A DNA stretch of 64,000 bases. Source: Octopus sinensis. Taxonomy: Eukaryota. The translations under genes and the position numbers were made by a program. The stretch is from contig NC_042999.1 in NCBI RefSeq assembly GCF_006345805.1, forward strand, positions 63,178,001 to 63,242,000, in the 5' to 3' direction. The notes below the pieces were generated by a model, which was given only the letters and a program-made list of their open reading frames with translations, was not told the origin of the DNA and did no database searches. Positions 1 through 13,350 of the stretch are shown here, piece after piece (positions within the stretch are counted from its first letter, which is position 1; each line of letters opens with the position of its first letter).

Positions 1-1309
1 TTTTGCCGAACTGCTGTTTTAAATGCATTTAATAAGTACTAAATGCATACATAGACACATTAAATACACAAACACACACACACACACATAGCTAGGTGCA
101 TAAAGACACATGGCGTGCACATATTCTTTCACTCTGGTTGTCTACCGAAATCCGATGACATTCACTTCATTAATGGTGAAGTTTTGATGGCTGACCAATC
201 CTATTCTGGATCCACAAGCTACATTGGTGAGTGGATAAGCAACGGCGGTGGCAACCACATTTGCATGTTACCTAGCTTCCGTCCTGCTACCTTCAAGTTG
301 TCCTCTCCATTTCCTATTCATAAATTTCATCACCGCTCAGCTTTCACCGAGTGGTTCGTTCGGCAGAAGTTCCATGTCAGTGGTATACTAGTGTGCCACT
401 CACTTTACCCGCTTCATTGTTGGTGATGAGCAATAGTGCCATCTTTTCCAAATATCTGATGAACATTCTCTTTTAAATTTAAGACCGAAATGCATCAGTA
501 ACTGCAGTAACTGGCCTATAGACATTATGTTTGCATTAAGTATGATACATAGATGGCTATTTTAATCTAAAACTGCTTCAAGTGCACATACTGGATTTTT
601 AGTAAGCCAGGCGATTATTCGCAACATCAGTCAATGTTTTATTCACTTTTTCCAAAATCAGAGACGACGACTGGTCGTCCCATCATTATGGCTGGTTGCG
701 TATATGCACCATTGAAAAGGCCGAAATGCATCTAACGCTCTCGCAGGTCGCTACTGGAACGAATTTTTTGATGTTATTACTTGTTTATTCATCTATGAGA
801 AGTTATCTCAAAACAAATACTGCAGTAACTGACCATCGACAGTGTATATAATGCATAAATGGTTACTTTTTCTCTTTTTATCAAGAGAGGAAAACAGTAC
901 CTATGATCCTTTCTAGATCTTCTAAAAGAGAGAGGAAGGGAGTTGTCCTTAAACCGGAGACAGCCCGACCGTTTGCAACAGAGTGGACTCTGCTAAAGGC
1001 ACTTAAGAGGTGCCAGGTGGTATCATTAAACGAAGCAACAGATTAAGTCTATTATTCAAAAAGGTCCTGTCGTGATACGGCACACACCCGTCCCGCTGTA
1101 ACGTTTCCGCTAGTCCACCGCCTGAGACTGGGTACTTTACTGAGCCCAGAAGAATAAAAGGCTAAGCTGACCTCGACATGATTCGAACTAGGACAGCAGC
1201 ATTAACAACATCACTCTGGGACTTATTAAACAGGCACTGACCGCCTTCAGAAGACTTCTGTGCAGTCTTTGAAAACAAGAGCCTTCGTCCTTTACCAAAA
1301 GATACTGTA

Positions 1310-1511
1310 CAGTAATCCCTCGACTATCGCGGGTGTTATGTTCCAACCCACCCACACGCGATAGATGAAAATCCGAAGTAGAAAGCACTGTATACTTTTA
1401 AATTTATTTTTATAATTTGTATGTATTTATTTTATTATAAATGCAAAACCACACCACGGAGGAATCGACGTAAGCTTACATAATAAACCGCGAAATGGCG
1501 AGGGATGACTG
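1310..1511. mobile_element. pogo/Tigger-type MITE
   Basis: TIRs CAGTAATCCCTCGACTATCGCGG / CAGTCATCCCTCGCCATTTCGCGG with a TA TSD on both sides. Confidence 0.85.
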
Positions 1512-2035
1512 TATACCCAGCAGCCTGTATCATTCTCCTCTTCTCTAGTTGCGAATCTAAGGTGGGCTAGTCCTTGAATCATTTCCATACGAGCTACCTC
1601 CAGTATATTATCGGAAATATTTCCCAAAACTAACAATAAAAGTATTGAGGCCATGATTACACAACGCCAGCTGCAGCGGCAAAGGCGCGTGGTTAGGAAT
1701 TTCCTATGTCGATTACTCTGCATGGATGGTACACGGCCGGCTGCATCATGAGTGACGCTCAGCTGGAGGACTGAAAGAACACTTTAAAAATTAAATGTGT
1801 GTGTGTGCTACGTTGATCAAAGTAGATTTTACAATAAAAAGCTATCAAATTTGAAATCACAAGTCAATTTGCCACCCGCGCCAACGATGACTTGGCGCGA
1901 ATGACACTGGTGTCAATAGCTCTCGGAAGTGACACTAGATACGCTCCTAAAAGGATTGAGCCTAGATTTATTAATACATAATCATAGAAGCAAAACAAGT
2001 ACATTCGACTAAATAAACAATACACCGTTGTTAGG

Positions 2036-2414
2036 TACTCTTTTACTTGCTTCAGTCATTTGACTGCGGCCATGTTGGAGCACCGCCTTTAGTCGAGCAA
2101 ATCGACCCCAGGACTTATTCTTTAGAAGCCTAGTACGTATTCTATCAGTCTCTAGTGCCGAACCGCTAAGTTACGGGGACGTAAACACACCAGCATCGGT
2201 TGTCAAGCGATGTTGGGGGAATAAACACAGACACACAAACACATAAATATATACATATATATACGACGGGCTTCTTTCAGTTTCCGTCTACCAAATACAC
2301 TCACAAGGTTTTGGTCGGCCCGAGGCTATAGAAGACACTTGCCCAAGGTGCCACGCAGTGTGACTGAACCCGGAACCATGCGATTGGTAAGCAAGCTACT
2401 TACCACACAGCCAC
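2036..2414 (-). mobile_element. SINE family A (tRNA head + CORE-like domain + microsatellite + CR1-type tail; OR-like)
   Basis: A box TGGCTGTGTGGT, B box GGTTCAGTC, GGCACCTTGGGCAAGTGTC core, tail ...CAGTCAAATGACTGAA-CAAGTAAAAGAG. Many copies in the window. Confidence 0.9.
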
Positions 2415-2554
2415 CTGAAAGTATAAAAGCCAAAGTCATCCACGTTGAGATTTGAGCTCAGAATCAGCTAAACACCGTCATTTTAATCCGGTGCTCCAAC
2501 GATTTGTCATTCAAGCCTTATATTCTATATATATAATACATTCAAATGAAGCAC

Positions 2555-3900
2555 AATGTCTTCATCAACAATGTTGAAGGTGAATTCTCTGATTTTCTAG
2601 CGCATGAAAAAAACTAAAGCCAATACATTCGTCGAAAAACAATTCTACATATACGGTGTTTTATTTGTATCCATTTCCAATAACGTCCACTCCTACGCAG
2701 ATGATACTGATTTTTATTCGTCCCAAATGTTCCACAGCGAAGCACCATCCACAGGAAACCCAGACACCTAACGCCAAACCTGCTCTGACTCTTTGAATAG
2801 AGACATAAAAAGCATTCATTAATGCAGATCTTGTCTCCTTCGAGAGCTCAGACCTAAGAAAACAATATCGTATCACTCTCTAAACATGAAATGCTCGCAA
2901 CTGGAAGCTTCAAGATTGCTGTAAATATTAGGCCACAACTATCATCGAGGACCTCTTATGGATAATTATAACGTCGACCACAGCAAAAGTTGTGCCGCAA
3001 AGACTGGTCTTCCCTCAAATTATTAAGCTTCTACAAAGTCCAAGTGGAATCCAAAACGAAGTACTTATTGCCATCCCATTTGGGACGATACTGCTGGTAT
3101 ACAGAACAGTTTTCCCGAACAGCATTACAAAGAAACCCCATTCAACTGGCTGGCATGGTGTCACTCATAAACACATACACACACTTCAACCTCTGACCTA
3201 CAAGTGCTGTGTCCTTTGTCAATGCGGCGAGCTGGCAGAAACGTTAGCACGCCGGGCGAAATGCGTAGCCGTATTTCGTCCGCCGTTACGTTCTGAGTTC
3301 AAATTCCGCCGAAGTCGACTTTGCCTTTCATCCTTTCGGGGTCGATAAAACAAGTACCCTTTACGCACTGGGGTCGATATAATCGACTTAATCCGTTTGT
3401 CTGTCCTTGTTTGTCTTCTGTGTTTAGACCTTTGTGGGTAGTAACGAAATAGTTATTTCGTATGCCGCTACGTTCTGAGTTCAAATTCCGCCCAGGTCGA
3501 CTTTGCCTTTCATCCTTACGGGGTCGATAAATTAAGTACCAGTTACGCACTGGTGTCGATGTAATCGACTTAATCCGTTTGTCTGTCCTTGTCTGTCAGC
3601 TCTATGTTTAGCCCCTTGTAGGCAATAAAGAAATAAGTGCTATGACCTTTGTCATTTCTGTGGTTACAATAGAGGTCTCTGCTCTTCGAAGCTGGTTGAT
3701 CCCGTACCCCTTCCTTTCAAATGCACCAAATCCACTCGTCTTTCCTCCTTCCGTAACCCATATTGTGTTTACCTACTGCTCTACCTAAAAACACTACGTC
3801 TATCGTTTCCCCTCTAGAATTCGTTCCCAGCTCACATTTTCCCTGTAACAATCAACTTGCAACTATTCAAAAAGAACATTAATCGTGTTCATTTCACCGG
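2555..3900 (+). mobile_element. Degenerate Jockey-superfamily LINE RT/3' fragment, interrupted by a SINE dimer
   Basis: Translatable remnants NNVHSYADDT, SLNRDIKSI, FYKVQV, TLQPLTY and, after the SINE, NSFPAHIFPVTINLQLFKKNINRV. A diverged 20-bp TSD (3202-3221 / 3635-3654) flanks the inserted SINEs. Confidence 0.75.
3224..3634 (+). mobile_element. SINE family C (Deu/Nin-domain-like), tandem dimer
   Basis: GTCGACTTTGCCTTTCATCCTTTCGGGGTCGATAAA-TAAGTACC motif resembling the Deu/Nin domain, present twice. Confidence 0.85.
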
Positions 3901-4235
3901 TCCATGTGGTCTTGCGGATGCTATTGGCACAGCTTCTCCCTCCAGACAAAACCATCACAATGTCTATGTAGGCAGGATTCGTATAGGCATTATCTCGTCG
4001 ATTGTTTGTTTCTTTTATTTACTTATTTTTAAACTCCTTCCATTTCTCAGAGCGTTAAACAAATAATTTTGACCACGAACCCATCCCGTTTGACATCTAT
4101 TTGTGTGTATGCGTGTGTGTGTGTGATACAGAAACACACCAATGAAACGCCATCTACAAGAAAAAAAAACCCTTTTCATATTTATTTAAGCATTATAGAA
4201 AAGTCAGAATAACATTTTAAACATACACATATCGT

Positions 4236-4648
4236 TACTCTTTACTCTCTCTCTCTAACTTGTTTCAGTCATTTGACTGCGGCCTTGCTGGAGCACTGAC
4301 TTTCGTCGAGCAAATCGACCCCAGGACTTATTCTTTGGAAGCTTAGTACTTATTCTATCGGTCTCTTTTGCCGAACCGCTAAGTTACGAGGACGTAAACA
4401 CACCAGTATCGGTTGTCAAGCGATGTTGGGTGTGGGGACAAATACAGACACACACATTTATACACACACACATATACATATATACGACGGGCTTCTTTCA
4501 ATTTCCGTCTACCAAATCCACTCACAAGACTTTGGTCGGCCCAAGGCTACAGTAGAAGACACTTGTCCAAGGTGCCACGCAGTGGGAATGAACCAGGAAC
4601 CATGTGGTTGGTAAGCAAGCTACTTACCACATAGCCACTCCTGTGCCT
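4236..4648 (-). mobile_element. SINE family A, full length
   Basis: Colinear with the other family A copies. Confidence 0.9.
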
Positions 4649-5624
4649 ACTTTCAAATTTGTTTCATTTTGTGAAAGTATTGTAAACTTTAATGCAGAAA
4701 ACAACTTCGTCGTACATCGACAACCTGGTCGCTGTTAATTCCATTGTGTGGTTAAATTTACTTCACAACTACGTGGTTCCAGGTGCGATTCCACAGGGTA
4801 GCACCTTAGGCAAATGTCTTCTACCAAGGCAACCAAACAAATGCTTTGCGAATGGAATTCTGTAGGCGGGAAACTGTGCAAAAGTCCATCGTGAGACAGG
4901 TCAGAGTTTTAGACCGGAGGCTGTGGGTGGGAGAATTGCCTTTTTTTGTTAAATACGTTCTCAAATGTTTAAATTACATCTGTCTTTAAGTATAGGAATG
5001 GTTAATGCTTTTTACTTGTCAGTTTGATATATAAAGAAGTAATTCCATTATGATGCTTTTGGGCAGCTGTCTGAACAAAAAACTGCTAAGTAGGCATTTT
5101 TTATATCATGGGTCATTAAAATTCTTTTAAAATATTCTTCTATTGCCTATCTTCAATGGATGTGTGTGACTAAGTTTCTTTTATTTATTCTTGAGCTGTT
5201 CATTTGTGGTCTTTTTTGTCTGTTTCCAGATTTAATTTCACGTCCCCCACCATCTTTTAATATTCCAAATTGCCAACTGGTTTATTTATTTCTCATTTTC
5301 TCGGAGACAGGGTGAAAAGACAAGAGACGCCGCTTGCCATGTATTTTAAATATATTTCTAAGTATGTTTATAATATAAAATATTCACAAATTGGAGTAAG
5401 TCTGTATGTCGTGAGCAAGAGCAGGAAAGGAAAGATCTAATGTTTACTGTGCGTATGGCAGGTGACCCCTTCACGAGTTTGCTCCGATACTATTGTTTCA
5501 GCTCGATATGTTTATAATAATTTGCCCTATAATAAGTAGTGGCCAGATTGTAGATGTTACGAAGAAACCTTTTTCATATTATGTATTAAGCAATAGCACG
5601 AAAGCAAAGTGAAAATAACTATAT

Positions 5625-6000
5625 GCTCTTTTACTTGTTTCAGTCATTGAACTGCAGCCATACTGGGGCACTACCGAGAAATGTTTAGTCGAACTAATCG
5701 ATCCCAGTACTTATTTTTCAAGTTTGGTACTTATTGTATTGGCCTCTTTGCCAAACCACTGAAATAATAGCGACGTAAACAAACCAGCACCGGGTGTCAA
5801 ATGGTAATGGGAAACACACATATATACATACATGTGAGTGTGTATGTGAAAGTTTCCGTCAACCAAATTCACTTACAAAACAGTTGTCGGTTCGGGGCAA
5901 TAATAGAGAACATTTGCGCAAGGTGTCGTGCAGTGGGGCTCAACGCGAAACCTCGTGGTTGCAAAGCGAACTTCTCAACCAGTGTTTCCGCGGTGTAATT
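5625..6000 (-). mobile_element. SINE family A, diverged
   Basis: Tail hairpin, body and head recognisable. Confidence 0.75.
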
Positions 6001-6371
6001 CCTCCAGTTTCATCACACGATTTCAGATCAAGTTACTTGTAATATAAGGACAATTGTGTAGATATGTGTGTGTTAACACTGTTTTATAATCCTGTTCAAC
6101 GCAAATTAGAACTAAAGGGGAGAAAACCGAAGGAAAATAATCTTTGTATTTTACCATGTAAACACTTCTTCAGACCTCCAGATCAGTGGTTTTCAACCGG
6201 GGTTTATATAAGATATTTGGTGATCTACAATAGAATTTTAAGGACCCCAGAAGAAATATTGATCAAGATGTATGTATTGGTATGTATAGCAAGGAATAAC
6301 TAGGCTTCTTTCTCTAACATTTTACATAGTTCAACCTACACAAATTAATGTATGAAAAACAAGAGGAAAAA

Positions 6372-6424
<53 letters not shown>

Positions 6425-6431
<7 letters not shown>

Positions 6432-6768
6432 TGGTTGTGTGGTAAGAAGGTTGCTTCCCAACCACATGGTTCGGAGTTCAGTCACACTGCGTGCCACTTT
6501 GGGCAAGTATCTTCAACTATAGCCTCGAGCTGATCAAAGTCTTGTGAGTGGATTTGATAGGAGGAAACTGAAAGAATCCCGTGTCTTTGTGTTTATTCCA
6601 GTACCACCGCTTGGCAACTGGTGTTGGAGTGTTTATGACCTTGTAACTTAGCAGTTCGGCAAAACAGATCGCTAGAATAAGTACCGAGCTTGATTCATTC
6701 AACTAAAATTCAAGGTGGTGCCCCAACATGGTCACAGTCTAATGACTAAAACAAGTATAAAAGATAAA

Positions 6769-6773
<5 letters not shown>
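6425..6773 (+). mobile_element. SINE family A
   Basis: Head to (TAAAAGA)n tail, between (TA)n tracts. Confidence 0.85.
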
Positions 6774-6834
<61 letters not shown>

Positions 6835-6966
6835 ATAATTATTAAACAGGACATCAAACATTAAGCCAATACAATATCTCAAGCTGTATACATTATTATA
6901 TGTTACAGCACTTAACCTAACGTACCTAATCGTTTAGATCACCTGTGAACTAACCCCACCCTATAA

Positions 6967-7020
<54 letters not shown>

Positions 7021-7321
7021 TACAGGAGTGGCTGTTTGGTAAGTAGCTTGCTTACCAACCACATAGTTCCGGTTTCAGTCCCACTGCGTGGCACCTTGGG
7101 CAAGTGTCTTCTACTATAGACTCGGGCCGACCAAAGCCTTGTGAGTGGATTTGGTAGATGGAAGCTGAAAGAAGTCCGTCATATATATACATGTTCGTGT
7201 GTCTATGTTTGCCCCCCCCCACATCGCTTGACAACTGATGCTGGTGTGTTTAGGTCCTCGTAACTTAGCGGTTCGGCAAATGAGACCGATAAAATAAATA
7301 CGAGGCTTACAAAGAATAAGT
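7021..7321 (+). mobile_element. SINE family A, 3' truncated
   Basis: Head and body, ending at CAAAGAATAAGT. Confidence 0.85.
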
Positions 7322-7439
7322 GCTTCTTCTTCATCATTCGAGCCTGCTCTAAGCTACTAAGAATGTGTGTGGCAACTTGAAGATCCACCCACCACACGCG
7401 ATAGAATTCACGGGCGCGAAAGCTATGTTGTTATCCTCA

Positions 7440-7754
7440 TTCCATAAACGGTGGCTTTTTAACGGGTGGAGAGCTGAACCATCCTGGGGTACAGAGGATT
7501 CGTAATCTAGACTAGGGTCTGAAAGTTTACTACACCATAGTGTTCCTCTGCTTTGTGGCTGAAGTAGGAAGAAAGAGTGAGAGAAAGTTGTGGTGAAAGA
7601 GTACAGCAGGGTCCACCCACCCCCTTCGCTGGAGCCTCGTGGTGCTTATGTGTTTTTGCTCAATAAACACTCACAATGCTCGGTCTGGGAATCGAAACCA
7701 CGTTCTTACGACCGCGAGTCCGCTGCTCTAACCACTGGGCCATTGCGCCTCCAC
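7440..7754 (-). mobile_element. SINE family G with a distinct 3' module
   Basis: GTGGAGGCGCAATGGCCCAGTGGTTAGAGC head, B box GGTTTCGATTCC. Confidence 0.75.
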
Positions 7755-8736
7755 CGATGTTGCTGCTGCACACAATCATCATTGACTGTACTAAAGAAAG
7801 GTCACAATGTTTGTATATAGACGTGCAGTTTCCTGTCTCATTTTTCTGCTGATACCATAGTAGCCACTATTCAGCTTCATCTCATCATTCCTACTGTGTC
7901 TGCATTTAACCACTACACCCACTACTCGTTGGGTTATACACAATTCGTTTCACTCAAGCACAGACCCTCAGAAATTCAGGGTTAATGTCCGGCGTGCTAA
8001 AAGACTACTGAAAGCGAGGACACCTTTTAGCTTTGGTTAAAGCATGTTTCTAGAACCCGCTTCAAACCCCAGGCTACGTCAGCTCCGACAATCGTCAGTA
8101 ACTTGGTCAGCGAATCCTCAGCAACGGTCGACAATTGACGGCAAGATGAGCTGCTACGGATCGCACTATCCCAAAGCGTGTATGCATGTGACCGGGTACC
8201 ACATGTGAAATTGTATTTCTACTGAAACTCTTAACATGGAGTGTTGGTTGGAGCCGGATCATCCCATCCCGAGGGAATGCCGCCGCAAGTAGAAGTACTA
8301 AGCATTTATACATTTTCCAACCGTGCCCATCAACATAACAGGAGATGGCATTGATGTAAGCAGTATATTTCTAATCATGCCTATGTGAACCCTATGAGAT
8401 TACAAACAGGAGAAAAAACACACAAGTTGTTTAAAGACAGTCAATCTTGACTGTTGACATCTCTTCATCTTCGTCGCCGATGACTTCTCTCATGAGTAAT
8501 GAGGTTAATCTTAAGGTTACAAAGACAATTAAGGAGAAATCTAAGCCAAGAATCGTTTTTTTCTTCTTTGTTTTTCCGGGGAGTGGGAATGGGTGGGTGT
8601 TAAAGTCACGCCTGTTTCAACTGCTCACATTCTACCCTCAAGCAACACGCAGGTTACTTCATAGATATAAGAGGTATACCTTGAAGTCATTATTCCGTGT
8701 CTGAACAGGTTTCGAGCTGCACCGCCTAGCCTAATA

Positions 8737-8913
8737 CCATATTTTCCGACATGAAAGTCGAATTTTTCTGACCAAAATTTACAGCCAAAAAAAAAAAAAA
8801 AATCGATTTATAAATCCATACGACTTTGGAGGACTAATAATTCCATGTGAAGATAGTTGAATGTTTAATGTTTACACTATATACAACGTCGACTTGTATG
8901 CCGGAAAATAAAG
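8737..8913. mobile_element. pogo/Tigger-type MITE
   Basis: TIRs CCATATTTTCCGACATGAAAGTCGA / CTTTATTTTCCGGCATACAAGTCGA with a TA TSD. Confidence 0.8.
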
Positions 8914-10008
8914 TACACACTGAGAAATTCGATACATCTATCCAATACAGTTACGACTGTCAATGTACTCAGGACGTAAAGAGCCAGAACTAATATCACA
9001 AAGCGTTTTCACCAGCGATCGAACATTTTCATCAGCTGACTACCCCGACCCGGTACTTTGTTTTATCAACTCCGATGGGTCAAAGTGTGAAATTGACCTT
9101 TGAGCTCAAAACGCAATCAACCACACACACACATTAGCTGGCAGTTTGAGTGGTTTTAGCAATGTCCGCTCTGTTTGCAAGTATTCCGACCGGGCCTCCA
9201 ATATAAAGGATACCTTCTTCCCTCCATCCCTCCACTTTCAGAGGTCCTGTAATGAGCCACTGTACTCGTACAGCCTATCTTAATCCAACTGAGTAAAAGA
9301 CAAAATAAATAAATAAAACAAAATAAAACCGCATTGCGTTTTGTCCGACGCTTTAAAGATTCAACCAATTTACCTCCTGTTCACACACATACACTAATCA
9401 TTATCGTTACTGCCGCCGCCGCCACTGCCACCACCACCATCATCATCATCACCACCACCATCACCATCACCATTAACAACACAAAACATTGAACAATGAG
9501 TTACATCGTGATAATATATCTAATTATCACTCCAGAAAATGTCGGTTCGATTCCTATCGGAATTGCATTGTTTGTGTTCTCTGTATTCTAATTTGTTTAC
9601 ATACATTCCTTCTTATTTTTACATAGAAATGATAATAAGTATCCAGCCTGAAATATGCTAATTATTTCCCTACCTTCCCCCCTTTCTGGATAATCGTTAA
9701 AAAAAAGAAAGGAAATGACAGACAGAAATATCATTAAAATATAAAGGGTGGGGTAATCACAACTAGGCTGTTTCGTTGATGATGTTGGCTTGTTTGTTGT
9801 TGTTGTTACATTGAATAGCGGGAATTCTTATCATTTTTGGTTAATGTCTACAAAAGAGGCACAATGCTGCAATTGTCACAAACAGTGTGAGAACAGATTA
9901 AAACTTACTGCAATACAGTATCAGATACTTGGCATTGTTGCGACTTACGTGCATACATACATATGCACATACGTAACATACATACAGTGTATATATTTAT
10001 GCGTTTGT

Positions 10009-10044
<36 letters not shown>

Positions 10045-11040
10045 CGTGCGCGCGAGTTTTCAGTTTTTCCCGTATCTATCAAAATCTCTGGTTTTCACTT
10101 ATAATAATGGTTTCTAACTTTGGAACAAAAACCACACAAATTAGAAGGAAGACGATATCATGGACCAATCAAATTCCAGTATATTACTGGTACATATTTT
10201 ATGAAGTCCTTGAAGGACAAGAAGAGATAAGAAACAGGCAAAGTCGACTTCGGCGCAACCTGAACTCACATCGTAAAGAGACATCACATAATTTCCAATG
10301 GTTTTCCTCTCTGCATCCACGATGGAGTACAACACCGAGCTGGATCAATTTGCCTTTCGAAGATCATGAAGACTTGCATACCCATACCAACTTCTCCCGG
10401 CCACATGTCATTTCTGGTCACCTTGGCGCTTACAAACAAATGGTACTATGTTGTGAATGTTATGATCCGAAGATCAATACCTGAAAGAAGGGGAAACGAC
10501 TTTGGTCGTACCCTTGTATCACAAATTGCATCATCGGTCTTTAAGAGGTTTGTGGCAAATCAACCTGGTCTGTCGTTTTACTTCGTCTTTAGTTTCGAAG
10601 ACCAACCACGCATACACTACCGAATACTTTTCCTCAGTCGATGGAGGCCAGATCGCTGGCACATATCAGCTGAAACTTCATTTAATTACTCCTTTGAGAG
10701 TTCACTGAAGGCCCTGTCACTTTTTGAGAGGCGAGGGTATATCACTTTATCTTTCTTTTTACTTTTTCTCAAAAGAAAACCAAAGGCAATGAGGAACACA
10801 TACCGAACCCACATTGTTTGATTTTCAGAAAACTCTCCCATGGCCAAAGCTTCTTTTCGTCTTACGACATTGACAAAACTTTTGTCTTCATCGTTAAATT
10901 CCTTTTGGCTATCCCAACCGTTTATATTTAAATTACAAATGTATTCGATTGTGCTTTTCTATAAATTTTCTGAAGTATCATTATATGTGTTTGTCTATGT
11001 AATTGTCACACACACATACATATAAATAAATAAATAAAAG

Positions 11041-11247
11041 CACGCCAGGCGAAATGCGTAGCCGTATTTCGCCTGCCGTTACGTTCTGAGTTCAAATTCC
11101 GCCGGGGTCGACTTTGCCTTTCATCCTTTCTGGGTCGATTAAATAAGTACCAGTTACGCACTGGGGTCGATATAATCGACTTAATCCCTTTGTCTGTCCT
11201 TATTTGTCCCCTCTGTGTTTAGTCCCTTGTGGGTAGTAAAGAAATAT
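11041..11247 (+). mobile_element. SINE family C
   Basis: Same motif; forms an inverted pair with the next copy. Confidence 0.88.
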
Positions 11248-11309
11248 ATATATAGATATATGTGTGTCCATGTCCGCTTTCGTTTTTCTTTTTTATTGTG
11301 TTTTACATG

Positions 11310-11528
11310 TTTCTTTATTACCCACAAAGCAGAGGGGACAAAGAACAGACAAACGGATTAAGTCGATTATATCGACCCCAGTGCGTAACTGGTACTTAAT
11401 TTATCGACCCCGAAAGGATGAAAGGCAAAGTAGACCTCGGCAGAATTTGAACTCACAACGTAACGGCAGACGAAATACGGCTACGCATTTCGCCCGGCGT
11501 GCTAACGTTTCTGCCAGCTCGCCGCCTT
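11310..11528 (-). mobile_element. SINE family C
   Basis: Full head GGCGGCGAGCTGGCAGAAACG on the minus strand. Confidence 0.88.
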
Positions 11529-11733
11529 ATTGTGTTTTATATAGTTTTATGTCTTGAAGTAACTTCTTAGGATTTCTCCAGCAAAAGAAGTCATGTTTAA
11601 AATAACTGAATGTTTATTACTCTTGCATGCAAAATATCAAACGACTAACCATTCCCATTCTAAGGTAAGTGGTATGGAGACTGAAATGCTACAGACTTCT
11701 ATCAGCAAAATTATACCCTCTCCCCATTCTGTA

Positions 11734-11937
11734 CAGGGTATTCAAAAAGTCTCTCCGCAGTAAGTATTTTATTGTAAAATAAATATATTAAATTTTACAA
11801 GACGTTAAAAAACTTTATAAGAAGTGTTGGAAGTGTCGTCCTTCATTTTCAATACGCAAGTTGACTTTTCTCCACATATTTTGAAATACATCTTGGATGA
11901 AAAAAATTCACTGAGGAGAGACTATTTGAACAACCTG
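11734..11937. mobile_element. Tc1/mariner MITE
   Basis: TIRs CAGGGTATTCAAAAAGTCTCTCC / CAGGTTGTTCAAATAGTCTCTCC with a TA TSD. Confidence 0.85.
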
Positions 11938-12009
11938 TACAAGCATGATAAATTCAAACCTTTCACGAAGCCAGTTCGAAGACGTCTGTGCACGTAAAAA
12001 GCCTAAAAG

Positions 12010-12480
12010 TTTGTGGAAGGGGACTAGTCAATTATAGTGACCCCAGTACTTGACTGATACTTATTTCATCGATTCCAGTACTTATTTTACCGACCCCAAA
12101 AGGATGAAAAGCAAAGTCGACCTCGGTAGTATTCGAACTCAGAGCGTCTTTATATCCTGAGTCCGAAAGGCCGCTAAGCATTTTATCCAGCGTGCTAACG
12201 ATTATGCTAGCTCGCCGCCTTAATAATAATAATAATCCTTTCTACTGTAGGTACAAGGCCTAAAGTTTTGGGGAAGGGGTAAGTCGATCACATCGACCTC
12301 AGTACTTGAATGGTACTTAATTTATCGACCCCGAAAGGATGAAAGGCAAAGTCGGTCTCGGCGGGATTTGAACTCAGATCAGGAATGGAGGTTTCATATT
12401 TATTACATCGACCGCCAGACCTCAAACGGTGTTTGTTTCTTCGAAAGGATAAAAGGTAAAGTCAATCTCGGCTCTATTTG
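12010..12480 (-). mobile_element. Cluster of older family C copies
   Basis: At least 2-3 GAAAGGATGAAAGGCAAAGTCGAC segments. Confidence 0.75.
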
Positions 12481-13314
12481 ATCCCAGCCGGAATTCTGAC
12501 GAGCAGTAAAGATTCTAACAGTTAATTATTCTTAATAACAATTGCTAACTTTCGGAACAAGGCAGACATTTTTGGTAAAGGACAAGTAAAATACCACTGT
12601 AAGTAGTCACCGTAATAACGCTGTGAACAAAACCAGTCTTCGTGACTACATTATTAAATTTGATCTCTGGGTTTATTTTCCCAAATTACTCCTTCATTAT
12701 CAAAACCGGACACAATATTAAAGCAAAATGATTGCAGAACTCTAGATAGAAACCGAAAGCTGGAATAGTTTTCTCTTGGTCCAACAGGAGTCGATTCCAG
12801 TCTGTTAAGTAAGGAAACATTTATCAATTTTACAGTGCTGCCTGCCTCCTTGTTTCTCCTTCTCAATCGCACGAACAGGATCATTTGGAAGTTATGTGGC
12901 TTGACGACGCACAAAATGAAAATACTTAGCATTTATAGGGAAAAGAAGAGCCGACCTATCACTTGGTTGTTTTTATAGTCCATTCAGCGGTGTTCTAACG
13001 AGAAAATAAAACGATGCTACACTTCATATTACAAATCAAAAAGTACCAAAACCCCTCTTCTTGCAGTCCACCTGTTCTGAAATTCAATGATTCATATCCG
13101 AAATAGATCAAACACATATTTGCGGGAACGAAATTTACTTAAGCGGGGAAAACCCAGGTCCAACCCAGGATGTTCAAAACGTTTTTCATTGCGCTCCCAA
13201 AATTTTACGGGGTGCGCTTCCACCCTGCTCCCGAGCCAATGATCAGACATATCCAAATATAACAAGATACTAAAATAAACTTTTACTTTGTTTGGTTGTT
13301 TCATTTTGGTGTGC

Positions 13315-13348
<34 letters not shown>

Positions 13349-13350
<2 letters not shown>

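Noticed and set aside
1427-1723. 98-aa minus ORF (SDNILEVARMEMIQGLAHLRF...)
   Set aside because: It runs through a MITE TIR, has no recognisable domain and no clear splice sites.
6184-6250. hAT-like TIR CAGTGGTTTTCAACC
   Set aside because: Single end only; no partner or TSD.
9150-9300. Possible exon with a strong minus-strand acceptor at ~9290
   Set aside because: The donor is weak, the peptide is unrecognised, and alternative frames are equally plausible.
10107-10821. 125-aa and 151-aa ORFs with a GHLG motif suggestive of an integrase zinc finger
   Set aside because: The motif spacing is incomplete, there are no other LTR-element features, and part of the ORF is SINE-derived.
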